Under the pieces are notes generated by a model. The model worked only from the letters and a program-made list of their open reading frames with translations, had not been told where the DNA came from and did not search any database. 64,000 nucleotides of DNA from the NCBI GenBank assembly GCA_051294375.1, contig CM119266.1:17788087-17852086 (forward strand), written 5' to 3'. The position numbers and the translations under genes are program-made. The stretch comes from Paraspadella gotoi (taxonomy: Eukaryota; Animalia; Chaetognatha). The number at the start of each line of letters is the position of its first letter. Position 1 is the stretch's first letter. Positions 12,785 through 26,801 of this stretch are shown piece by piece.

Positions 12785-12889
12785 ACTCGCGTCTTTTGTT
12801 TTTTGTTCGTGTTTCCCCATTTCTTAAATTCTTTACATCTCGTTTCTTGTTATACAATTGTTTCAGTTTTTAGTTCCTGACTTTCGACG

Positions 12890-14049
12890 ATGCTGTTCAT
12901 GGACGCGGTGGCGTCGAGCGCCTTGTACTCTCTCTTGCTCGTTTACTTCGCGGAATTCTGGGAATTGACCGCGCTGTGGAACCGGACGTCGGCGCCGTCG
13001 GTGCAGCATCTCACGCTACTCTTCCATCTCATCCACAATTCGCTGAATCTCTTCCACGCGTTCGTCTCCGAAAATTGGTCCGTCTATTTGATTCATTTCG
13101 TCGGCGTAGTTCTTAGATTCGCCTTCGTCGTCACTTACCTCCGATTCTCCATATATCGCTCGCGCTACGCTTTTCAACTCGTATGGTAAATTGATACTTA
13201 ACTCTGGAGAGAAATGTGCTTGTTAGTTGTTTCCGTTCTACATAATCTCTCTCGTTTCCTTATCTCATCCCCGTTTTTTCTCTTCCTCTCTTCGCGAAAT
13301 GTGGGATTTAATAAGCATTCGTCGAAATTCATCGCCGAACTTTGTTTATGAATTTTGATTTTTTTTTCAAAGCGTGATCATCTTCCTCCTCGCCTTTTGT
13401 TTTTACGCCAATTCTCTGGAGAACGACGTCTCCAAAGCGACGCTGTGGACGGCGTCGCTGACGGCGGCAGGCGTCGCGTTCGCCTCTTATCCGACGCTGA
13501 CCGTGTGGCGCTCCTTCAGAACTGGCGCCGTTGAAGCCGTCTCAATCTGGATGACGGCGTCGGTGCTCTTATCCGCGTCGGCCACCTTCCTCTATGGCTT
13601 TTTGGTCAAGTAATAGAATCGGATAAATAATGATTGTCTAATATCGATTTAATAACTTATAAATCAGCTTATTAATTTATATATTTATTAAACAACCGTC
13701 GTTGGGACAGAAAAGATCATAACTGGAGCAATCTTCATTTATTATTATCATTATTATTATTTAATATTATTAATGATTATTTATTATTATTATTATTTTA
13801 TTAATTATATATGTAAATTATAATACCTTCCTCAGGGACAACGCCATGCAGATTGCCTTCATGCCCTGCCTCGCTCTATGTTTGATCGCCATGGGTCACG
13901 TGTGGCGAATGGAAAAAAAGAGAATAGATCAAATCAAGAAAATCTTAGAGGAGAACAAGAGAGAGAACGTGGTTAACGAGACGGAAAAAGAGGAGACCGT
14001 GGAGGAGAACGAGGCAAACAATGAGGAGCAAAGCAGTAAAACTAAATGA
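12890..14049 (+). CDS. Divergent SWEET/MtN3 (PQ-loop superfamily)-like 7-TM transporter, 3 exons
   Basis: About seven hydrophobic segments in a 3+1+3 layout; motif ASYPTLTVWRSFRTGAVEAVS resembles SWEET ASPL..V.R.KS.E; LYGFLVKD; charged C-tail. Confidence 0.65.
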
Positions 14050-14539
14050 ATCTATTTTTTATATGTATTAATTCGTTCGTTTATTAGATTATTTATTATT
14101 TATTGTCATTTCATTCATTTCTGATGATTATTAGTTTTTGGTGTGGATTTACGTCTTTACTTTGTTAGAAAATGTGTTTTTTCGTTATTTTAAATAATTT
14201 ATTCGTTGACAATTTATTTTACAGTAATAGAAAAACAGAACACTTATGCCATGATTACGTAGTTGATAGAAAGAAATCATGGATTTCCCTCGCACTACAA
14301 ATCCCTCAAAATTCCTTTGTGATTATTTCTTTTCAACACCGAAAAAATTACTTATTTTTGCGTTTAATTCGCGTTACCCGCTTCTCACAACGAAAAACGA
14401 CCAAGAAAACAAAAGCATTTTTTAAAACATTAGAAAGTAAACAAAAACGCGATCTGACCAAAAGTTTGACAACTCTGCTCCGAGAGGGCGCGGACATTTT
14501 GAAACGAGACGACCACCGACAAAGGGCGCGGAGGCGGTA

Positions 14540-17226
14540 ATGTCATCGACGCCTCCCGTCTCTGCTTATTTCACGTTAGAAAACGAATCAGGCGCGGACA
14601 ACAACGACGAATTGATTAATCCTGAAGTCAAGTTTGCCAACGTCAAGTTTAATGGCATCGAGAAGACGATGAACGGCGCGAGGAGAGAATACGATAGGTT
14701 GGTGCTGATGAATCTTGTCAGTTTGATTAAAAATTAGCGAAATGATAAGAGGCCAAGAGAGATAGATAAAATAATTATGAATATCTAGTGGTTGGTTAAT
14801 ATTTAAATACAAATAGCATTGAAAGGGTTAAGGGCACGTAAAGATAACACGTCAAGAAAGCTTATAAAGATGAACGAATCGAAATGATTAGTTCTTTTCC
14901 TCAACATTGCAGAATCCAAGGCCGAAATATTCCCACAATGAATTCACGTCAATCCCCCGCCGGCGCCGGCGCCAGCGTTAACGCCACGGGAAAAACTGGC
15001 GGACGACAACAATCACCTTCTCCGTCGATGAGTCGACGGTTTGTCCCATTTGTCAAGTTTTATATGAAATATATTAAGTTTTATATTAAACTACCCCGTG
15101 AGCCAAAACGGATGGCACAGAGTAAAAATTTATTACACCGAAACTACTTAATAAAAGTTAACTTATTATATGTCATTTGATATAAAAGTCTTTGACATTT
15201 TTAAAAAGCATCATATTTATGCAAAACTGCTCATAATGTTTTCCTTTTGTAAGAGGCAAAAATTTAATTCCTAAAATTCATTAGGATTGAGAAAAAAACG
15301 TTGCCAGTAATCTGCTGCATATTTGCTACTACAATCTGATTCAGCGCAGTTAACGACTTGGGGTTTTGCCAACACCTCCAATTAATGTTACCCCAGTACC
15401 AAAAATGAAATAAAGATGTCTAGGCTTAATGAGAGCTAGTGAAAAGGTGAGTTATGCAGAATTTGTTGTTGAGAAGGTTGTTCCATTTGTTGTGAATCAT
15501 CTTGGTGTACCATCCTGCCACAACCATCTTTTTAGTGTAAAGGTGGTTCGTTCAGCCTCTGGTCAGCCTTCTTCCTCCAACTTCTGCACTTAGGAGCCTC
15601 CGGTTATCCTGGGTGAACCTTTCCACACACTGGTGGATTTTCGAAATCTGAGATTTTTTTTCACCAAACGAGATTCCTTGGATTTGTTGAAACAGAATGC
15701 ATAAATTGCCTGATAGTAGGCGGCAAAAACCTTTTTTCTTAGACCTTAGTGCTTCTGGTTCCCATTAATGTATATGTTTAACTTCTGATATAATTTTCCT
15801 CCCATCTTGGATGCTGAATGGCATGTAATCGCCACGTGAAATTTTTGGTGAAAGATTCAAACTGACGATTTTGAGATTTCAATATGCTTCATAAAATTAC
15901 AATTTCACATATTAAACAGTAGGTTAGTAAATTGAAATTGATACACATAAAACGTCAATGACTTTTCTACCTAATAAAACAATCAGGGTGAATATACCTT
16001 AATACATAAAAGAATGGCAGCGATTTTATTAGTGCCATCCGTTCTGGCTCACGGGTTATCAATGTCCTACCAACATCTCCAACTTCTCCAGATCCGGCGA
16101 AGACTTCGAGACGGACGAGAATATTCATCTCATGAAGTCTACCTCCCGCGGAAACCTCAACCTTAATAGCGACACGGCGGCGAGGCGGACTCGCAGCGGC
16201 AGCAGCAGCAAGAAGCCGGGATGCTGCGGAAACTGTTGCAACCGGAATACGCCTATTCCCCGCACCGTGGCCCTAGGTTGGGATTCAAGACGTTTGTCAT
16301 GAAACCTCTATTTCATGTCTTCATCCCTTTTGTCCCCTCTTTCTCAGGAAAACCCCTGTTCGGCCGAAAACCCCTTCGATATTGCTCTAACCGCATCAAC
16401 AATCAAAAGTACAACATCTTCACCTTCTTGCCGATCTGCCTCTTCGATCAGTTCAAGTTTTTCCTCAATCTTTTCTTTCTCGTCTGTTCCATCTCTCAGT
16501 TCGTCCCTCAGTTCAAGGTTTGACGTCTCTCCGGTTTGTCCGATTGTCCACTGTCCAGATGTTCCGCTGTCCACTATTCTTTTAGTCTTGACCACTCTCT
16601 TTTCCCAGGTGGGCCTGATCTGGACCTACTGGGCTCCGTTGGGATTCGTCTTGGCGATCACCCTCATCCGCGAGGCCTACGACGACATCCAGCGCTGGCG
16701 ACGCGATCGGGAGATCAACTCGACGCTCTTCTTTAAGCACACCGTCAACGGCCTCGTCACCGTCAAGGCCTCCAACATCAAGGTAACCTTTTTTCTCGTA
16801 ACGCTTTTGCGCATAAGTGGCGTAGTCGTCGTCATCCCAACTTATCGATCGCCTTTTTCATGATTAAATTTGGGTGTATGAAGCTGAAAATTTATATACA
16901 GCTTCTCATCATTGAGGTCTTTTAAATTGGGTGAGGATAGTTATTAAATATGTTTTGTTTACGTTTTATCAAAAAAAAAAAAACAAATTTCCTCTTTTAT
17001 TTTTATGTCTCCTTCTTTCTCTCTTTTTTTTATATGTAGCTCTTTCTCTCTTTTCCACAGGCTGATTCATCTGGAAAAAAAAAAGTCTGCAGCTGGCTCT
17101 GCAGCTGGCTCTGCAGCTGGCTCTTTCTTTTTCTCTTTTCTCCTGCTGCTTCTACCTTTTGATTTCTTTCTTTTTTTCTGGCTCTCTCTGCTGCTGCCGC
17201 TGCTGATTCGTCTGAAAACGATTTGG

Positions 17227-17281
<55 letters not shown>

Positions 17282-20200
17282 GTTTTTATTAAAAAAAATT
17301 TGAATTAAGATTGAACTCGTTATATTAGGCATCGCATTCGTGCATGTTATCATTTTGCTATCGCAAATTATATTTCGTTAAAAATTGACGAAAGTTCTTT
17401 TTTTTTTAACCAGTTTTTTCTTCTCCTCCCTTCCGTCGTCCCCCTTTTCAAAACTCCTAATCAGGTGGGCGACATCATCACTGTGGAAAAAGACCAGCGC
17501 GTCCCCGCCGACATGGTGTTGCTCCGCACGACGGAGAAGTCCGGGTCCTGCTTCATCCGTACGGATCAATTGGACGGAGAGACGGACTGGAAGTTGCGGG
17601 TGGCCGTTCCCGCGACGCAGAGTCTCCCCTCGGACCAATCCCTTTGCGAGATCTCCGCTCAGGTCGGTCGGTCGGTCGGGCAGGCTGGACGGACAAACTG
17701 CGGTAGAATTGTATGGAACAGCTGTTTCTTGCATGGCACTGCTGTCGAACTTTGTAGAAATGCTGTAGTAGTATTGTGATTTCGATGTCCGTTTTTGGAA
17801 CCTATTTTTCTATTATTTAAATGTTTGCTGTTTATTTAAAATTATAATTAGATGAATTATAAGTTTACTTCCATCAAAATCCAGATCTACGCGGAAAAAC
17901 CCCAAAAGGACATATACAACTTTATTGGGACTTACTCGCGCACCGACGGCGTGGACCAACACGAGAGTCTCAGCGTCGAGAACATGTTGTGGTCCAACAC
18001 CGTCGTCGCTTCCGGTGAGGGGGTGGCGTTCAAACACTAAGTATTAAATCACGATATTTTAACTAAAATTATGATTGTTGAATTCCAGACGAATTTGGCT
18101 TTATTCCTTTTATGACTCTTTCCCTACTTTTTGACCATGTAAACCTCGCTTGTTCTCCCAAAAATGTAGGCGTGGCCATCGGCGCGGTTATCTACACCGG
18201 GAGCGAAACGCGCGCGGTTATGAACACGAGTCAACCGCGATCCAAATATGGGAAACTCGACGAGGAGGTCAATACCCTCACCAAGATTCTCTTCGTCGCT
18301 GTCGTCATTCTCTCTTTCGCCATGGTGGCGCTCAAAGGTGTGCGAATACGAGAGAGAGAGAGACAGAGAGAGTAAGCGAGAGAGAGAGAGACACACACAC
18401 AAACAAGCTAACATCTTCTCACCCCAGGCTTTAACGGTCCCTGGTACATCTATTTGGTCCGCTATATTCTCCTCTTCTCCTACATCATCCCCATCTCGCT
18501 CCGTGTCAACCTCGACGTGGCCAAACTCGTCTACGCTTGGTTCATACACAACGACCGGGAAATTCCCGGCACTGTCGTTCGGTCCTCGACTTTGCCTGAA
18601 GAGTTGGGCCGGATACAGTACCTCCTGTCGGATAAGACCGGTGAGGATTTGAAAATGAACTGTTTGTGAGTGAATGGAAACGTGAACCTCTACTTTTTTC
18701 ATAGGAACGCTCACCCAAAACGTGATGATCTTCAAACGCCTTCATCTCGGGACCGTCTCCTACACTAACGACACCATGGACGAAATCCAGAGCCACTTGA
18801 AGAGCATCTTTCAGTCTTCGGAGACTTCAGTAATTATGTTTCATATTTTTATTAACAATTAAAATTATTGATACTAATTTGTGGAAGTTTGCCTTCTAAA
18901 TACACTTGACTACGTTTATAAAATATACGTACATTGTGGCGGTATATTCACACCATCTCAAATCCACCATCGTTCAGCCAATCCCATTGGCTCAGAGGGG
19001 GAACGCACCATCCCAGGCGTTGCGTTCCATCCAGTCCTAACGACTTCCCTCTGCGTTGGCAAAACGAGTCCGTCCTAGGGTAACCGCGCCAGTGACTGGA
19101 GGCGTCACTGAGGGTCGGTAGCCCATAAAGCCAACAGTGAGATCCCCCATCCCAATGGGCATCACAGGCTGTTGCTATAACAAATATATATTTTAAGAAA
19201 TTGTGGATGCGTGCGACGTAAATAAATAATTTTAAAAATTATTTCCTCAGCTTGTGACCCCGCAAACGTCGATCAGCGGCAGCCTGTCCCACCCCGACAC
19301 ACCGGCGAAACGCGGGACGCAGGGACCCAAAATGAGACGGACGGTGGTGACGCGCGTCTTGGACGCCGTCAAGGCCATCGCCGTCTGCCATAACGTCACC
19401 CCTGTCTTTGAGGAATCCGTTGCCAAGGTTTAGAGAGAGAGGGAAGACAGATAAAGACAGAGATAAAGACAGAGAGAAACAGACAGACAGAGAGACAGTC
19501 ATTAACTCTACTCCATCTCCCCCAGTCGACCGACTCTGACTCGGAACCGGCGTCGATCGCGGCCAAAGTGACCTACCAAGCGTCGTCCCCGGACGAGGTG
19601 GCGCTGGTGGAATGGTGCGAGGCCGTGGGTCTCGCTCTCGTTAAACGGGACCGGACGTCGATGACGCTTAGGACGCCGGTCGGGTCCTCGCTTCACTACC
19701 AAATTCTACAGGTGATACACAATGTGACATTTGAAAACAAATTAGTTCGGATTAAATTTTTTTTTTAATGAGTTGAATTGAATCGGATTGAAAATTCGAA
19801 CTTTGGTTAGATATCATTACGTTTAATTTAGCGGATTAATACGTTATGAATTTCTTTTTAGAGCTCTTTGAAGAATAAATATTTATTGATAAAAGAAATC
19901 TCACTTTTGGAAATCGAATTTCACTTATGGAAAGAAATCTCGCCCTTTCGATACTAAGCAACCGTAAAATGCAAATGAGATTTTAATTTTGTTTATTATG
20001 GATTTTTTCAGATTTTTCCCTTTAAGAGCGAAACGAAGCGAATGGGCATCATCGTCCGCGAGGAAGAGACGGGAGAGATCACCTTCTACGAGAAGGGGGC
20101 AGATGTGGTTATGATGTCCATCGTGCAGTACAACGATTGGCTGGAGGAAGAAACGGGCAATATGGCCAGAGAGGGACTTCGGACGTTGGTGGTCGGAAAG

Positions 20201-21757
20201 AAGGTCCTCACCGAGGAGCAGTATCAGGTGAGGATGAGGGATCGATGTACGGGCATGACGTTCAATCTAACATCCTCACTCGGTGTCCAGGACTTCGAGA
20301 ACGCCTACCGCCAAGCCAAGCTGGCCACTCAGGACCGCAACATGCGGGTGGCGGCGGTGGTGGAGAGTCTGGAGCGCGACCTCGAGCTCCTCTGCCTCAC
20401 GGGCGTCGAGGACAAGTTGCAGGATCTGGTCCGTCCTACCCTCGAACTGCTCAGGAACGCCGGCATCAGGATTTGGATGCTCACGGGTGAATCAAAGGAA
20501 TCGCGCAAAATTGCGATGGAAAAATGTGCAATGTATTAAATCTCTTTTGCAGGTGACAAAATGGAGACGGCGACCTGCATCGCCAAGAGTTCGCGCCTCG
20601 TGTCGCGGACGCAGGAGATACACCAGTTCAAAGCCGTAGTCAACAGGACGGAGGCGCATAACGAGCTCAATGCCTTCAGGAGGAAGAACGACTGCGCCCT
20701 CGTCGTCCAAGGGGAGACGATGGAGACGGTGTTAAAGGTGTGGACGTTGATGTTGATAGGGCAGATGGTGATGGTTCGATGTGGTTTTGGTGTTTTGAAG
20801 GCGGAAGTTGTTTTTCGGCTTGTATGCAAAGTTTTTTGTGGACGAACAGGCAATTGTAACAGATAAATTCTTAGAATAATACTAAATGAGATTGAAATTT
20901 CATCAATCTCATTTGCATATAGTAGTAAATCATTTTAAGTCCAATTGATTTTTGTACTTGATTTTTGGATTTGATCTTGATTTTCATCTTGATCTTGTTC
21001 TTGATCTTGTTCTTGATCTTGATCTTGATCTTAATCTTGTCCTTCTTTCTCATTCTCACTCTCTCACTCTTTCTATCTCCATACTACATTTCCTTTTCCT
21101 CAAGTACTACGAGAGCGAGTTCATGGAGCTGACCATCCTCTGCCCCGCGGTCATCATCTGCCGGTGTTCACCGACACAGAAGGCGGACGTCGTCCGTCTG
21201 CTGAGAGAATACGCCAAGAAGCGCACGTGCGCGATCGGCGACGGAGGCAACGACGTCTCAATGATTCAGGTGGGGGCGCTTTGGAAATTAAGCAAGCGCT
21301 TGATCGGGGATAATCGGTATGAGGTGAGCTCTCTACAATAAATACCGCTCATCATATTTATCCCNNNNNNNNNNGGCGGCCGACGTCGGGATCGGGATCG
21401 TCGGTAAGGAAGGGAAACAGGCCTCCCTCGCCGCCGACTTTTCCATCAACACCTTTTCCTACATGGGCCGACTCTTGATGTGGCACGGGCGGAACTCTTA
21501 TAGAAGGTTTCAGCTCTTGGGACTCAAGATTTCCTTTATCTGTGGTCCGAAATATCAACGAATTAATCCAGCAAATAAATCGGTCAATTAAATCAATCCT
21601 CGATTTCCCAGGTCCGCCAACCTGTCCCAATTCATCATGCATCGCGGACTTCTCGTCAGCACGATGCAGGCCATTTTTTCCTCCATCTTCTACTTCTCCG
21701 CTGTTCCTTTGTTTCAGGCGAGTGCCAGAGGATTTCTGCATTTAAATTACAATGCAC

Positions 21758-21800
<43 letters not shown>

Positions 21801-23359
21801 CGAAATAACAATTTTTTAGTTTTTCACAACGAATTTTTATTTGTATAGTAGCATCGTTCATCATCAGTACTTTCACTTAATTACAAAATTTGGTAGTTCA
21901 AAGTTGGTATTGAGAGAGAGAGAGAGAGAGTGAGAGAGAGATTATTATTATTTCATTATTATTTTAATACCCTTTAACGTATTATTTACATTCTTCCACA
22001 GTCTTTTCTGATGGTCGGCTATGCCACCATCTACACCCAACTACCAGTATTCAGTCTTGTTCTTGATAAAGACGTCACGCCCAAGATTGCCATGGACTTC
22101 CCCGAGCTGTACAAGGAACTTACCAAAGGTAAGTTGGTCGGATGGAGCAGCCGCTGTGTGGCCTTTAAATGGAAACCTTACCTCTTTTTCTCCTCACATA
22201 TTAGGGCGGATGCTGACGTTAAAGACTTTCTTCATCTGGGTCATAGTGTCCGTCTTTCAAGGCGCTATCATTATGTATGGAGCTTTGCTTCTTTTTGAAA
22301 AGGATTTGATTCATATCGTCTCCATAACTTTCACAGGTCAGGGAAGATTCATCCCGCTTAATCGAGCGAGAAGTCTTCATAATTAATCTCTCTCTCTCTC
22401 ACACAGCCTTGCTTATCACGGAATATTTAATGATAGCGCTGACCATCGAGACTTGGCACTACCTCATGGTCGTCGCCGAGTTTCTTTCTCTCGCCGTCTA
22501 CATCGCGTCGATTGCTATCCTCGACACGTGAGTAATTCTCTGAATGATTGATTGATTTATTATTAGTTTTTATTTTATTTAATGAATTAATCTTTAAGTT
22601 GATATTTTCTTTTGTCAAAGCATGCTGGTTTTGTTTTATTTACGTATTTATTTAACTAATTCGTAAAATTATTTTGGTTTCAAGGGGGGTTTTGGGCTAC
22701 GGGTTAGTATTGCAATTGGACTCTCTGTCCTTCGTATTCCATAGATAGCTTTCAACTAGTTATCTGTTAACACACTTTGGTCAATGGTGGCCCAAAAGAT
22801 CTGGTACAAAAGCTCAGAAAGACTCAATTGAAACATTTAAACAAAGATAAAGAAAAATCTTTGTAGTACTGAGCTAAGATTTTATGAATTCGTCCGGTGT
22901 CTGATTCAACGAGGCGAGATTTATTTATGATCACCTTTGCACTAATCGCGATTTTGCACAATCATCTCTTCAGTTAGTCGCTAATCACTTAACTTCTAAT
23001 GTTAAAATAATGAGTGAATAAAGTAAACTAATGACACTTAAATGGAACGAGAAAGATGGTGAATAGAAAATCTTGGAAATCTGTACTTTCGGACATTCGG
23101 TTATTTTCGCGATGAGTAATTTTTCTAATTTTTATTTTCCACCCCATGTCCACCCTTATTCACTCTCTTCCCCTTTCTACCTTTCCCGCTCTTTCCCTTT
23201 TCCTCCGTCTTCAGCTATTTCGACGGCGCGTTCCTGATGTCGCCGGAATTCCTCTGGAAGACAGTGGCGATTACGCTACTCTCCTGCGTCCCGCTGGTGT
23301 TGCTCAAACTCATCCGGCGGAAACTCGCGCCGCCCGTTTTCACGAAGCTGCAGCCGTGA
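14540..23359 (+). CDS. ATP9B: P4-ATPase phospholipid flippase ATP9 (about 20 exons)
   Basis: [97 protein letters not shown]; 10-N gap at 21365-21374 lies at an acceptor. Confidence 0.95.
15094..16056 (-). mobile_element. Decayed Tc1/mariner-superfamily DNA transposon
   Basis: ~24-bp TIRs CCCGTGAGCCAAAACGGATGGCAC / GTGCCATCCGTTCTGGCTCACGGG, flanking TA; minus-strand remnants MPFSIQ.., WQDGTP. Confidence 0.75.
16798..17366 (+). mobile_element. Partial copy of HINE/DINE-like interspersed repeat (shared with 57855-58981)
   Basis: Shares GTAACGCTTTTGCGCATAAGTGGCG, (GTC)n, GGGTGTATGAAGCTGAAAATTTATATACAGCTTC, CTGCAGCTGGCT repeats, (CT)n and TTAGGCATCGCAT blocks with the GNL1 intron copy. Confidence 0.75.
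18935..19179 (+). mobile_element. Solo LTR of twister-bearing retroelement
   Basis: TGTGGCGG...GTTGCTATA, colinear with LTRs at 43289/43776; flanks ACAT/ACAA (3/4 TSD match); twister-like core 19055-19135. Confidence 0.8.
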
Positions 23360-25250
23360 AAAATGAAAAACGAAAAGGAGGGGGCGATGATGCAAACGCG
23401 AAACTACAGCGCGAACCCGTGGATCTTATTTCGAGTGTTATACGCTCGAAATTGATTCTGCCATGAAATTTTTTTTTTTCAATTCACGCAACGATCTAGT
23501 CTCATTTTTGGAGGAAAAAAAATTTGCATCTTTGATTAATTAATTAATTCTTGGATTAATATTTCGATCGCATTCTCTCCGACGCGATGGTTTTCTTTTT
23601 TTTCGCTGGCTTATTTAATTCGGGCCTCGTCATTTCTCGGTGGTTGATTTCTAATCGTGAAGAAAATGAACATTTTTGCAAAAAAGCTAGCTTTATTTTC
23701 CATGCGTTTTTTTTTCTCGTAATTTCCCTGTTATCTTTTTTAGAAGATGAATGATAATTATAATAGTTCGCTAGTGAACTTGCCTTATGTTATAAAATTA
23801 AAGTTGTCATGTCGGTCATGTCTCTTTATAAAAATACTTGAATTCTGAGCGAACAGACGATCGGGGAAATAGAGTAATTTATTTGATGATCTCTTGCTAA
23901 ACAAAAATGCCGGAACACAAAAGAGAAAATATTTTTTTCGAATGATTATGATTATCAATATCGCTTCAATATCATGTTCGACACCACCGGAAATCTTTCT
24001 TCCCCCAAATCCCCTTCCTTGATCCTATCTTAACTTATCCCCAAGGCATCCTGGGTCTTCTTTCATCCGCGAGTGATGGTTGTGATGTTTTTTTGTATAT
24101 TTTTTCTCTCCCGCCCTAGGGTTTTGTATTGTTATTTTCTCCCTCTTGATTTTTTTAACGTCTCTAGAGAGGGATTAGAAAAGGGAACCTTTTGTTATAT
24201 GTAAGTTCGCGGTGACAGTCGCTATAAATAATATAAATATCATTTTATTCTGTCTTCGCGCGCCTGGACGCTCGATTTCTTTCTCGCTCAGCCTCTTCGC
24301 TAAATAATGACTCTATGAACGAGCGAGGATTTGGTGTATGTATATATATATACATATACACACATGCACTCACATATTTTTTTGCCGTTTGGACGGGGTA
24401 AATAATAATTAACAAAAATGTATATTACACTTTATAAAAATGGGGACTGCACCATCAAAATCCCATTACCTTTTTACCATATTCGTGATCGCGACAAGAA
24501 ACGGATAATAGATTCGAGATAATTTGAAATTAACGAAAACTTAAAAAAATTATAATTTCCGTTTTTCTCGTTGAATAAAGTAGCTTTTTGTTTTCGGATT
24601 ATTAACTTTCGTATTTTAAGGAGAAGTGACAAAAAAACTAATAATAAAAAAAATTGCTGAAAAGAAGAAATTGTTGGGGTTTCTTTACGGAGACGACGAT
24701 CTAGACGACGACGATAATGGGCGTGGCCTCGTCCGTCTCGTTGCCGTGAATTTGGACGCTCGGTTAAACCGAAGCGAAAGGTTGACGTTAAAAGTGGACC
24801 TATAAAAAGTTTAACGGATAAAGACAAAAACGTTTGAGCCAAAAACTGCTTGCGAATGAGAGAGAAAAACCATAAGTGAAACCCGAAAATTTTTAGTCAT
24901 AAACTGATAAAGCGAAACCAGAAAATTCCATTTAATCATCGAGGTCGAAAAGCGTAAACCAAAAAAAAATAAAAAAATAAAAGACAAAAAAACAAAACCT
25001 ACAGCCGATTCCTTCGTCGAAGAAACTCGTCGTAAAACCAATTTTACTACATATACTGTATATACTTTTTTATTCGAAACAAAATAGAACTAAAGGAACC
25101 GAAAGCAACGAAAATTAGAATTCCAGCGACTAGACTTAGATTTTTTTGTAACACGATAACTAGTAAGACAAAACGCGAAAAGTCATTCCCTTTCCCTCGA
25201 TCAAAAAGTTCACGACCTTTATAAAATAAATAAAGAAAAGCCGAAAAAAA

Positions 25251-26801
25251 ATGGCGAAGACCTATGACTTCCTTTTCAAGTTGTTGCTGATCGGAGATTC
25301 TGGAGTTGGAAAGACGTGCGTCTTGTTTAGGTGAAAATTTGAAAGATTTATCTCGGGCCTTGGGGGGGCATCTTATGGGTGACTTGGGAGGAGTTAAATA
25401 AAGTGAGTAGAATTCTCAATGAGGATCACGAGGGACTTAGGTTAAATGGAGGATGATAAGAAATTTAATCAGACATCGGAGATACCCTGACATACATACA
25501 GGAATTTCTTTAATTAGCGCTGTGAGTGAGTGAGTTTCTTTCTTGGAAACCTGAAGGACTGCTTGCTGAATTTTTTGTAATGCGAGTTTAGAGACTGCAT
25601 CTCATTTGGAATAAATAAACAATTACTCGGCTTCTAAACTTTCAGTTGCCAAAAAAAAAAACCCAAAATATATTTTAAAGATCCTTGAAATCATCTCTTC
25701 TAAGGATTCTGTGTTTGTTTCCACTAAGTCTGACCACCATATTTTCTTCCTCCAACCCCCCCCCCAAAAAAAAGGTTTGCCGAAGATGCCTTCAACTCGA
25801 CGTTCATCTCCACCATCGGCATTGACTTCAAGATTCGCACCATTGAAATGGACGGAAAGAAGATCAAGCTCCAAATATGGGACACGGCCGGACAGGAGCG
25901 ATTCCGAACCATCACCACCGCCTATTATCGGGGAGCCATGGGCATCATGCTGGTCTACGACATCACCAACGAGAAGTCATTCGATAATATTAAGGTGATG
26001 AGAAAGAGATTGACCACGTTGTCAAAGAACGGTCAAGCGGTCAACTTTAGTCACTTCCGGTTCAATTGATTTCTTGACGCGCTTCTTCATTGTTGTTTCG
26101 ACTCCCAATTCCACGTCATCGGCATCGTCAGAGGCAGCGCGCTTTTTTCCCCTGGTGGATAAAGAAATCTACACGAAAGTGAAAATTTGTTAAACACGAA
26201 TAAAAAATAAAAGAGCGACTCTGATGTGAACAAGAAAATCAGGAATTTTTTAAAAATAATTTTTTATCGGAAATTAAAATTTTCATTCCACATCAGAATT
26301 GGATTCGCAACATCGAGGAACACGCTACATCGGACGTGGAGAAGATGGTGCTGGGAAACAAGTGCGACATGAACGACCGACGCCAAGTCTCTAAAGAGCG
26401 GGGAGAACAGCTCGCCATCGAATACGGCATCAAATTTATGGAGACCAGCGCTAAAGTGAGTTTGGGCAGTACTTAAATCTCATTTGCATATTTCATTAGT
26501 TTTGTTTATTTTTCGATACGATTTTTTTTTTGGGGGGGGTTCCTTTTGATAAGGTTCAATAATTGTACTTTAATTGTAGACAAATCGGTCACCACTGATC
26601 TTCGCCGCCCAATTTTCAAATTCATTGCAGGCGTCGATCAACGTGGAAGAGGCCTTCATGACCCTCGCCAGAGACATTAAAGCCAAGATGGACCGAAAGT
26701 TGGAAGGCGGAGGCGGTGCCGCCGGCGGGCGTGGTCAGGGTCATCAGCTCAAGAAGGGCGGCGAAGCGGGGAAAAGCTTTTGGAGATGTGCCATTTTGTA
26801 G
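25251..26801 (+). CDS. RAB8A: Rab8 small GTPase (4 exons)
   Basis: [55 protein letters not shown]-terminal CAIL CaaX. Confidence 0.95.

Noticed and set aside
19085-19112. HDV-like ribozyme on the minus strand (GCC-TCC..-GGC)
   Set aside because: No P1 partner, GG or CxAA/P2'; explained as the antisense of the twister P3 hairpin
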